DNA of 61,255 nt, counting the filler, from Alphaproteobacteria bacterium (GTDB taxonomy: Bacteria; Pseudomonadota; Alphaproteobacteria; Caedimonadales; UBA9215), in NCBI GenBank assembly GCA_024280495.1. It is 9 parts of 9 records of this genome, joined end to end, with 100 filler letters (N's around TTAATTAATTAA, not from the genome) between each part and the next. Parts side by side here need not be neighbours in the genome. Positions count along the whole stretch, not along the records: positions 13,283 to 29,221 come from JAJRPZ010000067.1; positions 29,322 to 37,246 come from JAJRPZ010000069.1; positions 37,347 to 44,678 come from JAJRPZ010000070.1; 6 more parts are not named here. One strand, written 5' to 3'. The position numbers and the translations under genes were made by a program. This document shows positions 29,103 to 38,930 of the stretch, piece after piece; position 1 is the first letter of the stretch, and every line of letters starts with the position of its first letter. The notes under the pieces were generated by a model. The model saw nothing but the letters and a program-made list of their open reading frames with translations. It was not told the origin of the DNA and did not search any database.

Positions 29103-29221
29103 TGAGGTGGTCCTAAATAATCGGACAGGGTGCTAAGCTTCATTGATTGATACAAAAGGAATCAAGAAGAATGACTCCACCCGCAAGAATTACCCTGCTA
29201 CCTTAAAGGCAAAAGATCACA
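29103..29221 (+). mobile_element. IS3-family left end with a 150-bp internal deletion
   Basis: Begins TGAGGTGGTCCTAAATAATCGGACAG, identical to 36851 and 44628. Confidence 0.9.
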
Positions 29222-29321
29222 NNNNNNNNNNNNNNNNNNNNNNNNNNNNNNNNNNNNNNNNNNNNTTAATTAATTAANNNNNNNNNNNNNNNNNNNNNNN
29301 NNNNNNNNNNNNNNNNNNNNN

Positions 29322-29434
29322 AATGTTACTCAACACAAGACCAAGACGCATCCTTAATTTTAAAACGCCAACTGAAGTGTTTTACGAAGACCAGACCAAA
29401 AACTCAAATGACGCACTTCACATGTGAAGGGGCC
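29322..29434 (+). mobile_element. IS30-family right end
   Basis: Encodes LLNTRPRRILNFKTPTEVF...ALHM*; identical to 57701-57813. Confidence 0.9.
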
Positions 29435-29488
29435 GGTTTTAAAGTATTTTATTGGTTTTAAAGTATTTAATGTGTTATATGTCTTTCT

Positions 29489-29917
29489 ATGACTTTATTT
29501 TCTGACACTTCTTCTTTAGGTTCTTCGAAAGGACCCTCGCAACGCCAGTTGAAAGTTGGTGAGCAAATTCGCCAGATCCTGAGCGAAATCATTGCTCGTA
29601 ATGATTTTCATAGCGATGTTTTAGAACGTACCCATGTGTGTATTTCTGACGTGCGCATGAGTCCTGATTTACGTCATGGCAAAGCCTACATCACTTCATT
29701 GATGGGAAAATCAATGGTTGATGCCGTTGACGCACTCAATGAAAATGAATTCCATTTTCGTAAAAAACTTTCCCGTGAGTTGACCATGAAATTCCTCCCA
29801 AAAATCAGATTTCTTGAGGACGATACCTTTCATGAAGCCAATAAAATAGAATCTTTATTGTCAGAAAAACGCGTGGCCCAGGACACGAAAGAGTCAGGCA
29901 TTAAAGAGTCCGCTTAA
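29489..29917 (+). CDS. rbfA: 30S ribosome-binding factor A
   Basis: SQRQLKVGEQIR, VRMSPDLRH and PKIRFLED. Confidence 0.96.
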   Translation: MTLFSDTSSLGSSKGPSQRQLKVGEQIRQILSEIIARNDFHSDVLERTHVCISDVRMSPDLRHGKAYITSLMGKSMVDAVDALNENEFHFRKKLSRELTMKFLPKIRFLEDDTFHEANKIESLLSEKRVAQDTKESGIKESA

Positions 29918-29923
29918 TCCATC

Positions 29924-30934
29924 ATGGTAAAAAAAATAATTCCTCCTCTCCCACCTGAATTTCATGGTTGGATATGCCTTCATAAACCCATTGGTCCCAC
30001 GTCTTTCGATATGGTTCGTCAGGTAAAACGTTTATTACCCCGCAAAACAAAGATTGGTCACGGGGGGACTTTGGACCCCTTGGCCAGTGGTGTTTTACCC
30101 ATTGCCATTGGTGAAGCAACTAAAACTGTTGATTACCTAATGCACGAAAAAAAAGAATATATTTTTGAGGTTGCCTGGGGGACTCAAACCAACACGGATG
30201 ATGTAGAGTTTATTAAAAATAAAAACTCAAAAAGCGACATTGAAGATGGTGTGATTCTTTTTCGATCTGATAATCGCCCAAGCCTTGAGGATATTGAGAA
30301 AATTATTCCTCAATTTCTCGGGCCTTTGGATCAAATACCACCCCTTTATTCTGCCAAAAAAATCAACGGTAAGCGCGCCTGTGATTTAATGCGTGAAGGT
30401 GTTGACGTTGAACTCAAAAGCTCCCATATTACGATTTTTAACCTTGAAATTATTTCCCATACATCTGAAATAACAAAATTCAAAACCCTTGTGTCGAAGG
30501 GGACTTATGTGCGTTCTTTGGCGCGAGATATGGGGCAAGCACTTGGGTGCTATGGTCATACAGCTTCAATTTTACGCTCAAAGGTAGGAGGGATGCTTCT
30601 TGAAAGTGGTCATTTATTGGAAAAGCTTGTAAAATTTGAAAATGAGGCTATATTATCAAGAGCAATTCTACCCATCCAGGCAGTTCTGGCCGACATCCCG
30701 GCTGTTTTGGTGATACCTGATCAAGAGCGTTTACTGCGATATGGTCAGGTTGTGGAGAGTTGTGATATGGCCCTGAAAGCCCTTGGGAAATTTGGATCAA
30801 ATAAGATGTATGCCTTATGTGTTTCCAATGATGAAGACGCCAAAAAAAGACGAGCCATAGCTATTGTTGAGGTTTTAAAAGTGGATAATAATGCATCCTA
30901 TAGTTTAAAACCAAAACGTGTTTTTAATATTTAA
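29924..30934 (+). CDS. truB: tRNA pseudouridine(55) synthase
   Basis: [22 protein letters not shown] and [12 protein letters not shown]. Confidence 0.97.
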   Translation: MVKKIIPPLPPEFHGWICLHKPIGPTSFDMVRQVKRLLPRKTKIGHGGTLDPLASGVLPIAIGEATKTVDYLMHEKKEYIFEVAWGTQTNTDDVEFIKNKNSKSDIEDGVILFRSDNRPSLEDIEKIIPQFLGPLDQIPPLYSAKKINGKRACDLMREGVDVELKSSHITIFNLEIISHTSEITKFKTLVSKGTYVRSLARDMGQALGCYGHTASILRSKVGGMLLESGHLLEKLVKFENEAILSRAILPIQAVLADIPAVLVIPDQERLLRYGQVVESCDMALKALGKFGSNKMYALCVSNDEDAKKRRAIAIVEVLKVDNNASYSLKPKRVFNI

Positions 30935-30950
30935 ATCGAAAGGATATATG

Positions 30951-31220
30951 ATGTCGATTGAAGCTACGCGCAAAAGCGCTTTGATTAAAGAATACGCTAC
31001 AAAAGAAGGGGATACAGGTTCCCCAGAAGTACAAGTTGCCGTTCTAACGGAACACATCCTCAATTTAACGGAGCACATGAAAGAACATAAAAAAGATGTT
31101 CACTCACGTCGTGGGCTGTTGATGAAGGTTAACAAACGCCGTAAATTACTTGATTACCTGAAACGTACCGAAGAAACACGCTACAAAGACTTGATTAAGT
31201 CCCTTGGTTTGCGTCGATAA
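30951..31220 (+). CDS. rpsO: 30S ribosomal protein S15
   Basis: [10 protein letters not shown] and [12 protein letters not shown]; 89 aa from ATG 30951 with an AAGGA RBS. Confidence 0.98.
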   Translation: MSIEATRKSALIKEYATKEGDTGSPEVQVAVLTEHILNLTEHMKEHKKDVHSRRGLLMKVNKRRKLLDYLKRTEETRYKDLIKSLGLRR

Positions 31221-31238
31221 GTACCCAAAATTTTAGAC

Positions 31239-31332
31239 TATAGTATTTTAAAAAAAGTCTCAGTCTAAACGCAAAGACCAGTATTTATAACTTATAGGTG
31301 CTGGAGTAATTGGAATATTTTGGGAGTTAATA
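31239..31332 (+). repeat. Palindromic repeat family B, degenerate copy
   Basis: TATAGT...GACCAG...TATAACTTATAGGTGC...GAGTAATTG...TTTTTGGGAG aligns loosely with 31391-31497. Confidence 0.6.
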
Positions 31333-31390
31333 TATTAAGCGCAACCCTGGGGTTTGATCTTTAAAGGTCTCTACTGCAGGGTTTTCTTTG

Positions 31391-31497
31391 TATAGTCATT
31401 CCCAAAAGGTTCCAATCTAGGAGCGAGGGACCAATGCCTATAACGTATAGGTTCGAGAGTGATTGACGACGTCTGGGATGTTTTTGGAATGACTATA
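31391..31497 (+). repeat. Palindromic repeat family B, full copy (107 bp)
   Basis: Perfect 12-bp terminal IR TATAGTCATTCC/GGAATGACTATA and central CCTATA-ACG-TATAGG hairpin. Confidence 0.88.
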
Positions 31498-31568
31498 TAA
31501 GGGGGGAAGGCAATTTAAATTTCCCTCAGCTGTTGATAATAGAAAAATATATATGAAAGGATCTTTGA

Positions 31569-33683
31569 ATGTTCAAAGTTCACAAAGAAGAAATACAATG
31601 GGGCGGTCGTACGCTGACCATCGAAACAGGTAAAATTGCTCGTCAAGCTGACGGCGCTGTTATTATTACATACGGAGATACTTCAGTTCTCTGTGCTGCA
31701 GTTTGTTCAAAACAGCCAAAATCCAATTGTGATTTTTTCCCAATGTCCATTCACCACGTTGAAAAATATTATGCGGCGGGTCGCATTCCTGGTGGTTTTT
31801 TTAAAAGAGAAGGAAAACCAACGGAACGCGAAGTTCTGATCTCACGTTTGATTGATCGTCCCATTCGTCCGCTATTCCCAGCAAACTTCCACCACGAAAC
31901 ACAAATCATCACAAATCTTTTGAGCCATGACATGGAAAATGATCCTGATGTCATCGCCTTGATTGGTGCGTCTGCTGCTTTGTCTATTTCAGGGGCACCT
32001 TTTGCGGGGCCAGTGGCTGCTGCGAAAGTTGCACTTGATTGCGAAGGAGCCTTCATTTTAAACCCAACAGTTTCTGAAACCAAAAAGTCTGACCTCGAAT
32101 TGGTTGTTGCTGGTACATCAGAAGGCGTTTTGATGGTCGAATCCGAAGCCTCCGAACTTTCCGAAGAAAAAATGCTCGACGCCTTGATGTTTGCCCATGA
32201 AAGCTTCCAACCTGTGATCGAGATGATCAACAAGTTGAAAAAAGCTGTTGGCAAAGAATCTTGGACAGTGGAAGATACCTCCAAAGATCAAAAAACTGTT
32301 TTCGATGCTGTTAAAAAACAAGGGGAAGACGCTGTTCGCTCTGCTTATCAAATCCAAATTAAGCAAGATCGCGTAACAGCAATTTCCCATGCTAAATCTG
32401 CAGCTCTTGAATCTTTGGTTAAAGAAGATGATCTTTTATTCACAGAAAGCCAAGTTCTTGCACAATTCAAAAAACTTGAAAAATCTGTTGTGCGTGGTGA
32501 TATTATCAAAACGAAAAAGCGTATTGATGGGCGTGATCTTAGCACTGTACGTGCCATTGAGTGTGAGGTAAACGTTGTACCTCGCGCCCACGGAAGTGCC
32601 CTGTTTACCCGCGGTGAAACACAGGCTTTGGTTATAATGACCCTTGGAACCTCTTCCGATGAGCAAATCATCGACAGTATTCAAGGTGAATATCGTGAAC
32701 GCTTTATGTTGCACTATAATTTTCCTCCTTATTCCGTTGGTGAAGCTGGTCGTTTCGGCCCTCCAGGGCGCCGAGAAATAGGTCATGGTAAACTTGCTTG
32801 GCGGGCCTTAAATCCAATGATCCCAACAAAAGCAGAATTTCCGTATACCATGCGCGCCGTTTCTGAAATCACAGAATCCAATGGATCATCTTCTATGGCG
32901 ACGGTTTGTGGTACGTCTTTGGCCATGATGGATGCGGGTGTAACCTTGAAAAAACCTGTTGCTGGTATTGCCATGGGATTGATTCAAGAAGGTGATGATT
33001 TTGCCGTTTTGAGTGATATCTTGGGTGACGAAGATCATTTGGGCGATATGGATTTTAAGGTTGCGGGCACAAAAGACGGTATCACTTCCTTGCAAATGGA
33101 TATCAAAGTGACTTCCATCACAAAAGACATCATGCAGCAAGCCTTGACCCAAGCCAATGCAAACCGTTTACATATCCTTGATGAAATGGCAAAAGCATTA
33201 AATTCTGCTAGGGAAGAACTCAGCGATTCAGCGCCTAAAATGCATAAAATGACCATCAAAAAAGAAAAAATCCGTGATTTGATTGGTCCAGGCGGTAAAA
33301 TGATTCGTCAGATTTGTGAAGAGGCAGATGTTAAAATTGATATTTCTGAAGATGGCGAAGTAGAAATTGCTGGTAACTCTACGGAAGCATTGGATAAAGC
33401 CATTGACATGATCAAATCCGTTTGTGTTGATCCAGAAGTTGGTTCTATATTCCAAGGTAAAGTCATTAAGTTGATGGACTTTGGCGCTATCGTAAGCTTC
33501 ATGGGTGACAAAACAGGTCTGGTTCACATTAGCCAACTCAAGAACGAACGTGTTGAAAAAGTTGCTGATGTTGTGAAAGATGGCGATTCCGTATGGGTCA
33601 AAATCCTTGAAGTTGATCCAAAAGGCAAGGTACGCCTCAGCATGAAAACCTTGGATCAAAAAACAGGTAAAGAAGTTAAATAA
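31569..33683 (+). CDS. pnp: Polyribonucleotide nucleotidyltransferase
   Basis: RLIDRPIRPLF, RREIGHG, DEDHLGDMDFKVAGT, and KH and S1 domains. Confidence 0.99.
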   Translation: MFKVHKEEIQWGGRTLTIETGKIARQADGAVIITYGDTSVLCAAVCSKQPKSNCDFFPMSIHHVEKYYAAGRIPGGFFKREGKPTEREVLISRLIDRPIRPLFPANFHHETQIITNLLSHDMENDPDVIALIGASAALSISGAPFAGPVAAAKVALDCEGAFILNPTVSETKKSDLELVVAGTSEGVLMVESEASELSEEKMLDALMFAHESFQPVIEMINKLKKAVGKESWTVEDTSKDQKTVFDAVKKQGEDAVRSAYQIQIKQDRVTAISHAKSAALESLVKEDDLLFTESQVLAQFKKLEKSVVRGDIIKTKKRIDGRDLSTVRAIECEVNVVPRAHGSALFTRGETQALVIMTLGTSSDEQIIDSIQGEYRERFMLHYNFPPYSVGEAGRFGPPGRREIGHGKLAWRALNPMIPTKAEFPYTMRAVSEITESNGSSSMATVCGTSLAMMDAGVTLKKPVAGIAMGLIQEGDDFAVLSDILGDEDHLGDMDFKVAGTKDGITSLQMDIKVTSITKDIMQQALTQANANRLHILDEMAKALNSAREELSDSAPKMHKMTIKKEKIRDLIGPGGKMIRQICEEADVKIDISEDGEVEIAGNSTEALDKAIDMIKSVCVDPEVGSIFQGKVIKLMDFGAIVSFMGDKTGLVHISQLKNERVEKVADVVKDGDSVWVKILEVDPKGKVRLSMKTLDQKTGKEVK

Positions 33684-33765
33684 GCATAAAGAGCTGAGTC
33701 GAAAACTCTTTAATGATTGATGTTTTTTTGTCAATCAACTATGGTTGATTTAATCAAATAATAAT

Positions 33766-33793
33766 AATGGTGGGTTTTATGCCCACCATTTTT
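33766..33793 (+). terminator. Intrinsic terminator after pnp
   Basis: AATGGTGGG-ttttatg-CCCACCATT followed by a T-run. Confidence 0.65.
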
Positions 33794-33816
33794 GTGAAAA
33801 GAGTAAAGGTGTACAT

Positions 33817-35214
33817 ATGAAAGCATTAAATTCAATTCTTATTGGAGCTAAAGAGTATCTTCCCCTTATCGAAGGTGGAAAAGGCATTTCCATTTCCACA
33901 GGAAAAACAACTGGTGCTTGGGCTGCGACTGGCGGTATTGGGACATTTTCTGCTGTGAATGCTGATACTTATGATGCAAATGGTAATTTCATTCCCCCTG
34001 AATACAAGGGGAAAACCCGCAGCGAACGTCAAAAAGAACTCATCCAAATGTCTATCAAGGGCGGTATTGAACAGGCGAAAATTGCTTATGAAACGGCCAT
34101 GGGCAAAGGGCGCATCCACATGAATGTGCTATGGGAAATGGGCGGTTGTGAAGAAATTCTTCACGGTGTTTTGGATAAGGTGCAAAATCTAGTTGAAGGC
34201 GTAACATGTGGGGCAGGTATGCCTTATAAAGTTGCTGAAATTTGTGCTAAATACAAATCTCATTATCTACCTATTGTTTCTTCTGCTCGAGCTTTCAGAG
34301 CTCTTTGGAAACGTTCTTATCACAAAGTCCCAGAGTGGCTCGGAGGCGTCGTCTATGAAGACCCATGGCTTGCTGGTGGTCACAATGGTCTAACCAATAG
34401 TGAAAATCCTCTGGAGCCTCAATCTCCTTATAATCGTGTGAAGCAACTTCGCTCTCTTATGCAGGACCTTGGCTTAGGAATGGTGCCTATTATTATGGCT
34501 GGTGGTGTTTGGTGTTTATCTGAATGGCAAGATTGGATTGATAATCCAGAACTTGGACCCATTGCTTTTCAATTTGGAACAAGACCTCTTTTAACCCAAG
34601 AAAGCCCCCTTTCCGATGAGTGGAAAAAAAGGCTTTTAACTTTGAAGGATGGCGACGTGATGTTAAATAAATTCAGTCCTACTGGGTTTTATTCTTCAGC
34701 AGTCTTGAACCCTTTTTTAAAAGATTTAGTTGGACGTTCAGAGCGTCAGGTTGTCTATGCCACCAAAATGACGGATCTATTAAAAGCAGAATACCTCATT
34801 GGTGTCCGCCAACGTTCTGTTTATATGACACCAGGAGATCGCGCCAAAATATCCCAATGGGAGCAAATAGGTTTTACTGAACCCATGCGTACCCCCGATG
34901 GCACCCTTGTTTTTGTTACCCCTGATCAAGCTAAACAAATCCATCAAGATCAAGTGGATTGCATGGGGTGCTTAAGTGCATGTGGTTTTAGTAACTGGGC
35001 ACAAAATAAAGAAGGAACCACTGGACATAAAGCTGATCCAAGATCTTTTTGCATTCAAAAAAGCTTGCAGGATATTTCCCATGGAGGATCCATTGACGCA
35101 AACCTTATGTTTGCAGGACATCAAGCCTACCGTTTTGCAACGGATCCTTTTTATGATAATGGAAATATTCCAACGGTAGCAGAATTGGTTGAAGGAATAA
35201 CCGCAGGCTGCTAG
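33817..35214 (+). CDS. Nitronate monooxygenase-family FMN-dependent oxidoreductase
   Basis: PLIEGGKG, CGAGMPY, EDPWLAGGHNG, MAGGVW and FQFGTRP. Confidence 0.9.
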   Translation: MKALNSILIGAKEYLPLIEGGKGISISTGKTTGAWAATGGIGTFSAVNADTYDANGNFIPPEYKGKTRSERQKELIQMSIKGGIEQAKIAYETAMGKGRIHMNVLWEMGGCEEILHGVLDKVQNLVEGVTCGAGMPYKVAEICAKYKSHYLPIVSSARAFRALWKRSYHKVPEWLGGVVYEDPWLAGGHNGLTNSENPLEPQSPYNRVKQLRSLMQDLGLGMVPIIMAGGVWCLSEWQDWIDNPELGPIAFQFGTRPLLTQESPLSDEWKKRLLTLKDGDVMLNKFSPTGFYSSAVLNPFLKDLVGRSERQVVYATKMTDLLKAEYLIGVRQRSVYMTPGDRAKISQWEQIGFTEPMRTPDGTLVFVTPDQAKQIHQDQVDCMGCLSACGFSNWAQNKEGTTGHKADPRSFCIQKSLQDISHGGSIDANLMFAGHQAYRFATDPFYDNGNIPTVAELVEGITAGC

Positions 35215-35244
35215 ACTCACTATGAATATTTAAAGGAGAAAAAT

Positions 35245-35781
35245 ATGTTAACAATTGGTTCTAAATTTCCTGATTATGATCTAACGGGTGTAACAACAAA
35301 CGAAATGTCGGGTTTTAAAAACTTTACCTCCAAAACCCATGAAGGTAAGTGGAAGGTTTATTTCTTCTGGCCAAAGGATTTTACATTCGTTTGTCCAACG
35401 GAAATCGAAGAATTTGCTCGTTTAATGCCTGATTTCAAAGCAGCAGACACAGCCGTATACGGCGTAAGCACAGATTCTGAATTTGTTCACATGGCATGGC
35501 GTAATGCCCATCCAGGTTTGAACGCGTTGCCTTTCCCAATGCTTTCTGATATCACACGTGATTTGTCTTTTGAACTTGGCATAATTCACCGTGATGAAGG
35601 TGTGTGCTTGCGTGCAACTTATATCGTTGATCCAGAAGGTATCGTCCGTCATGTTTCAGTGAATGACTTGAATGTTGGCCGTAATCCAGAGGAAACATTG
35701 CGTATTTTGAAAGGTTTTCAAGATGGGGGATTAATGCCTTGTAATTGGCACCCAGGTCAAAAAGCTTTGGAAATATCCTAG
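35245..35781 (+). CDS. ahpC: 2-Cys peroxiredoxin
   Basis: WPKDFTFVCPTEI, VGRNPEE and PCNW. Confidence 0.95.
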   Translation: MLTIGSKFPDYDLTGVTTNEMSGFKNFTSKTHEGKWKVYFFWPKDFTFVCPTEIEEFARLMPDFKAADTAVYGVSTDSEFVHMAWRNAHPGLNALPFPMLSDITRDLSFELGIIHRDEGVCLRATYIVDPEGIVRHVSVNDLNVGRNPEETLRILKGFQDGGLMPCNWHPGQKALEIS

Positions 35782-35839
35782 GCACATTATTATATGTAAC
35801 AATCAAAAGCGATTAAGATAAAAAAACAGGTGTACGGTC

Positions 35840-36679
35840 ATGGGTAAAATATTAGTTATTATATTTTGTGCAATAATTCTCATGGCTTTAAGCCTTATTC
35901 TTATTTATCGCTTTTTTTACTTACCTCCCACTCCTGATTCTTGGGTGAAAAAAATCCCCATTGCCCATCGCGGCTATTTTGACCATAAACGGGGTATACC
36001 TGAAAATTCCTTAAGGGCATTTCAACGTGCTGTTGATTATGGATACGCCATGGAATTGGATGTATGGCTCACTAAAGATGGTGACGTTATCGTGTACCAT
36101 GATGAAGATTTTAAACGTTTATCAAATAATGAGGCGCGTCTCGAAGATCTAACTCTCAAAGAAATTCAAAGCATTCCTTTAATGGAAACCAAAGAGGTCG
36201 CCCCAACATTAAAACAAGTTTTTGACCTTGTGGCAGGACAGACACCTATTTACGTTGAAATAAAAACAAAAGGACACCGAAAAGCAGGGGTATTAGAAGA
36301 AAAAGTGGGGGCACTTGTCGATGAATATCAAAAAAAATATGGTAAAAATGCCCGTATTGCCATGCTGTCTTTTAATCCAGAATCCCTTGAATGGTTTGTG
36401 GAAAACCGTCCTCGACTTCCAAGGGGGCAAAGCTATGACGTTAGGCTCCATCAAAAATTTTCTTTAATACAGATTGTCCAAGAAATAATCACATTTTCAT
36501 TTAGAGCGCGCCCTCATTTTTTTGATATTGACCATGAACTTCTTTCCAAAAATGCCCAAAAAATGCTTTCTTATTTGCGCCCTCTTGTTAGTTATAATGT
36601 GAAAAATGAGGCACAATTCCTAGAGGCAAAAAAACATGTTTCCAATGTTATATTTGAAAATATACAGCCCAAAATTTAG
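35840..36679 (+). CDS. Glycerophosphodiester phosphodiesterase
   Basis: IAHRG, PENSL, ELDV, VYHD and VEIK; N-terminal TM helix. Confidence 0.93.
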   Translation: MGKILVIIFCAIILMALSLILIYRFFYLPPTPDSWVKKIPIAHRGYFDHKRGIPENSLRAFQRAVDYGYAMELDVWLTKDGDVIVYHDEDFKRLSNNEARLEDLTLKEIQSIPLMETKEVAPTLKQVFDLVAGQTPIYVEIKTKGHRKAGVLEEKVGALVDEYQKKYGKNARIAMLSFNPESLEWFVENRPRLPRGQSYDVRLHQKFSLIQIVQEIITFSFRARPHFFDIDHELLSKNAQKMLSYLRPLVSYNVKNEAQFLEAKKHVSNVIFENIQPKI

Positions 36680-36753
36680 ATTTTAACCTGGGCATACAGG
36701 GCTAAGGCGTAGAAGTTAGATCATCAAGATATCATTCCCGAGTAAGTTTTTAA

Positions 36754-36792
36754 TATAGTCATTCCAGAAAGGTTTCATATGATTTGACGATG
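36754..36792 (+). repeat. Palindromic repeat family B, short remnant
   Basis: TATAGTCATTCCAGAAAGGTTTCA matches the left end of 31391. Confidence 0.7.
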
Positions 36793-36850
36793 TGATCAAT
36801 AGTGGTATTTAAGGGCGCATTCTGCCTTATTTTCTTGAGAATAGCGAAAT

Positions 36851-37246
36851 TGAGGTGGTCCTAAATAATCGGACAGGGTGCTAAGCTTCATTGATTGATA
36901 AAAAAGGAATCAAGAAGAATGACTCCACCCGCAAGAATTACCCTGCTACCTTAAAGGCAAAAATCGCCTTGGTAGCGCTCCGAGAAGATGCTCCAATTTC
37001 GGATCTTTCCGTGAAATTTGCTGTCCACGCAGCTGTTATAAGTCGTTGGAAACGCGCGGCACTTCAAAGCTTAGAAGAGGGCTTTAAAGGGAAGACGGAG
37101 CGCATGGCAAAAGATCACACATCAGAACTCAAAGAGCTCCACGCAAAATAGGGGAGCTGGTCATCGAAAGGGATTTTTTAGAACAAGCCTGGGGACGCTC
37201 GGGCATAAAAGGCGTCAAGAAATGATAGATCATGCTAATGATAATC
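36851..37246 (+). mobile_element. IS3-family element (left end plus frameshifted orfA), truncated at contig end
   Basis: TG-starting IR; TRKNYPATLKAKIAL...VHAAVISRWKR...LHAK, then a frameshift to IGELVIERDFLEQA. Confidence 0.9.
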
Positions 37247-37347
37247 NNNNNNNNNNNNNNNNNNNNNNNNNNNNNNNNNNNNNNNNNNNNTTAATTAATT
37301 AANNNNNNNNNNNNNNNNNNNNNNNNNNNNNNNNNNNNNNNNNNNNA

Positions 37348-37500
37348 GTCTTACAAGTAAATAATGCGACAACACAGGCCTTATACAGAAATTGTGCTTC
37401 TTCGCCTGATCATGCATATCAGCCTAATAATATAAGTAACCTTTATGATGATTTTGAAAAAATCGCCAAGAGTCTCAATCGAATTCGTATTGTTAAGTAA
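37348..37500 (+). CDS. C-terminal 50 aa of a TadG-like (vWA) pilus assembly protein, 5' truncated
   Basis: Manual translation VLQVNNATTQALYRNCASSPDHAYQPNNISNLYDDFEKIAKSLNRIRIVK*; not in the ORF track. Confidence 0.6.
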   Translation, partial: VLQVNNATTQALYRNCASSPDHAYQPNNISNLYDDFEKIAKSLNRIRIVK

Positions 37501-37586
37501 CATAAACATTGCTTTTAAAGCCATTTATTCATAGGATCAACACATATCTTTGAACCCTGAATGCAACCTTTGAGAAATGTTTTAAA

Positions 37587-38930
37587 ATGAAGCTCCGTTT
37601 TGCCCCAAGTCCCACTGGCTATCTCCATGTTGGTAACGCTAGAACTCTTTTATTAAATTGGTTCCAGGCCAAAAAAAATAATGCCGAATTTGTTTTACGT
37701 TTTGATGACACTGATCAAGAACGCTCTGAAGATAAATATGTAGATCAAATCCGTACAGATCTTCATTGGCTTGGCATTGATTATAGCAATGAGCTCAAAC
37801 AATCTGACCGTCTAGATTTATATGCGCGGGCTGCTAAAACCCTTAAAGATTCTGGGCGTCTTTATCCCTGTTATGAAACAAAAAATGAGTTGGATTTTAA
37901 ACGTAAACGTCAGTTATCGCAAGGTCGCCCTCCCGTTTATGATAGGGCTGCCCTTCGACTTTCCCAGGAAGAAATTAAAGAATTTGAGGCAGAAGGCAGC
38001 ACTCCCCATTGGCGCTTTAAGTTGGATCAAGAGGCAAGCATTACGTGGGAAGATGCAGCCCATGGCACTTTAACATTTGAAGCCAAGCATTTTAGTGATC
38101 CCATTTTACTCCGTGAAAATGGAGCACCTGTTTACACATTATCAGGTGTTGTGGATGACCTTGACATGGGCATTACGCATATTATTCGTGGTGATGATCA
38201 TATCTCGAACACTGCCATACAAATTCAATTGATGGAGGCTCTTGGTGGATCGGGAAATGATTTCATCTTTGCTCACATGCCCTTGCTCACAGGTTCCGAT
38301 GGCGGTGGCTTATCAAAACGTCTTGGCAGCCTTGGGCTCAAAGATTTGAAAGAACAGCAAGTGGAACCCATGTCTATTCTCAGCTATCTTGGGACCCTTG
38401 GAAATTCTTCCGATGCAGAAACTTATACGTCCACAGAAGCTTTCCTTGAAAAATTTGACCTTAAAAACTTTGGGAAGTCTGCCCCAAAATTCTCCATGGA
38501 GGATCTGGAGCGTACCAATGAAAAGTTTCTTCAATTGGTATCTTTTGACCAAATAAAAGAACGTCTAAACCAATTGGGATTCACCAATATAACCCCTGAA
38601 TTTTGGTTAACCATTCAAGGGAATTTGAAATACCTTACCGATGTCAAAGAGCTTTATGATATTTGTTACAATAACATTACCCCCCACGTTGAAGATCAAG
38701 ACTATATGGCGACGGCCCTTAACCTTCTACCTGAAACACCTTGGACGACGGATACCTGGAAAGAGTGGACTTGTGCCCTAAAAGAAAAAACAGGGCGTAA
38801 GGGGCGCGAACTTTTTATGCCTTTGCGTCAAGCGTTAACAGCAGCTAATCATGGGCCGGAAATGAAAAATATTCTGCCTTTTATTGGCCCAGAAAAAACA
38901 ATGAAACGCCTTAAAGGTGAGACAGCTTAA
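37587..38930 (+). CDS. gltX: Glutamate-tRNA ligase
   Basis: RFAPSPTGYLHVGN, IRGDDH and LSKR. Confidence 0.97.
   Translation: MKLRFAPSPTGYLHVGNARTLLLNWFQAKKNNAEFVLRFDDTDQERSEDKYVDQIRTDLHWLGIDYSNELKQSDRLDLYARAAKTLKDSGRLYPCYETKNELDFKRKRQLSQGRPPVYDRAALRLSQEEIKEFEAEGSTPHWRFKLDQEASITWEDAAHGTLTFEAKHFSDPILLRENGAPVYTLSGVVDDLDMGITHIIRGDDHISNTAIQIQLMEALGGSGNDFIFAHMPLLTGSDGGGLSKRLGSLGLKDLKEQQVEPMSILSYLGTLGNSSDAETYTSTEAFLEKFDLKNFGKSAPKFSMEDLERTNEKFLQLVSFDQIKERLNQLGFTNITPEFWLTIQGNLKYLTDVKELYDICYNNITPHVEDQDYMATALNLLPETPWTTDTWKEWTCALKEKTGRKGRELFMPLRQALTAANHGPEMKNILPFIGPEKTMKRLKGETA

Noticed and set aside
29103..29155. N-terminus [17 protein letters not shown] of ORF 28796-29155
   Set aside because: Antisense reading of the inserted IS3 end, so the ORF is chimeric
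31636..33734. Many antisense and alternate-frame ORFs over pnp (and over argS, secA, pyrG, brnQ)
   Set aside because: Shadow ORFs of conserved genes with no motifs or RBS support
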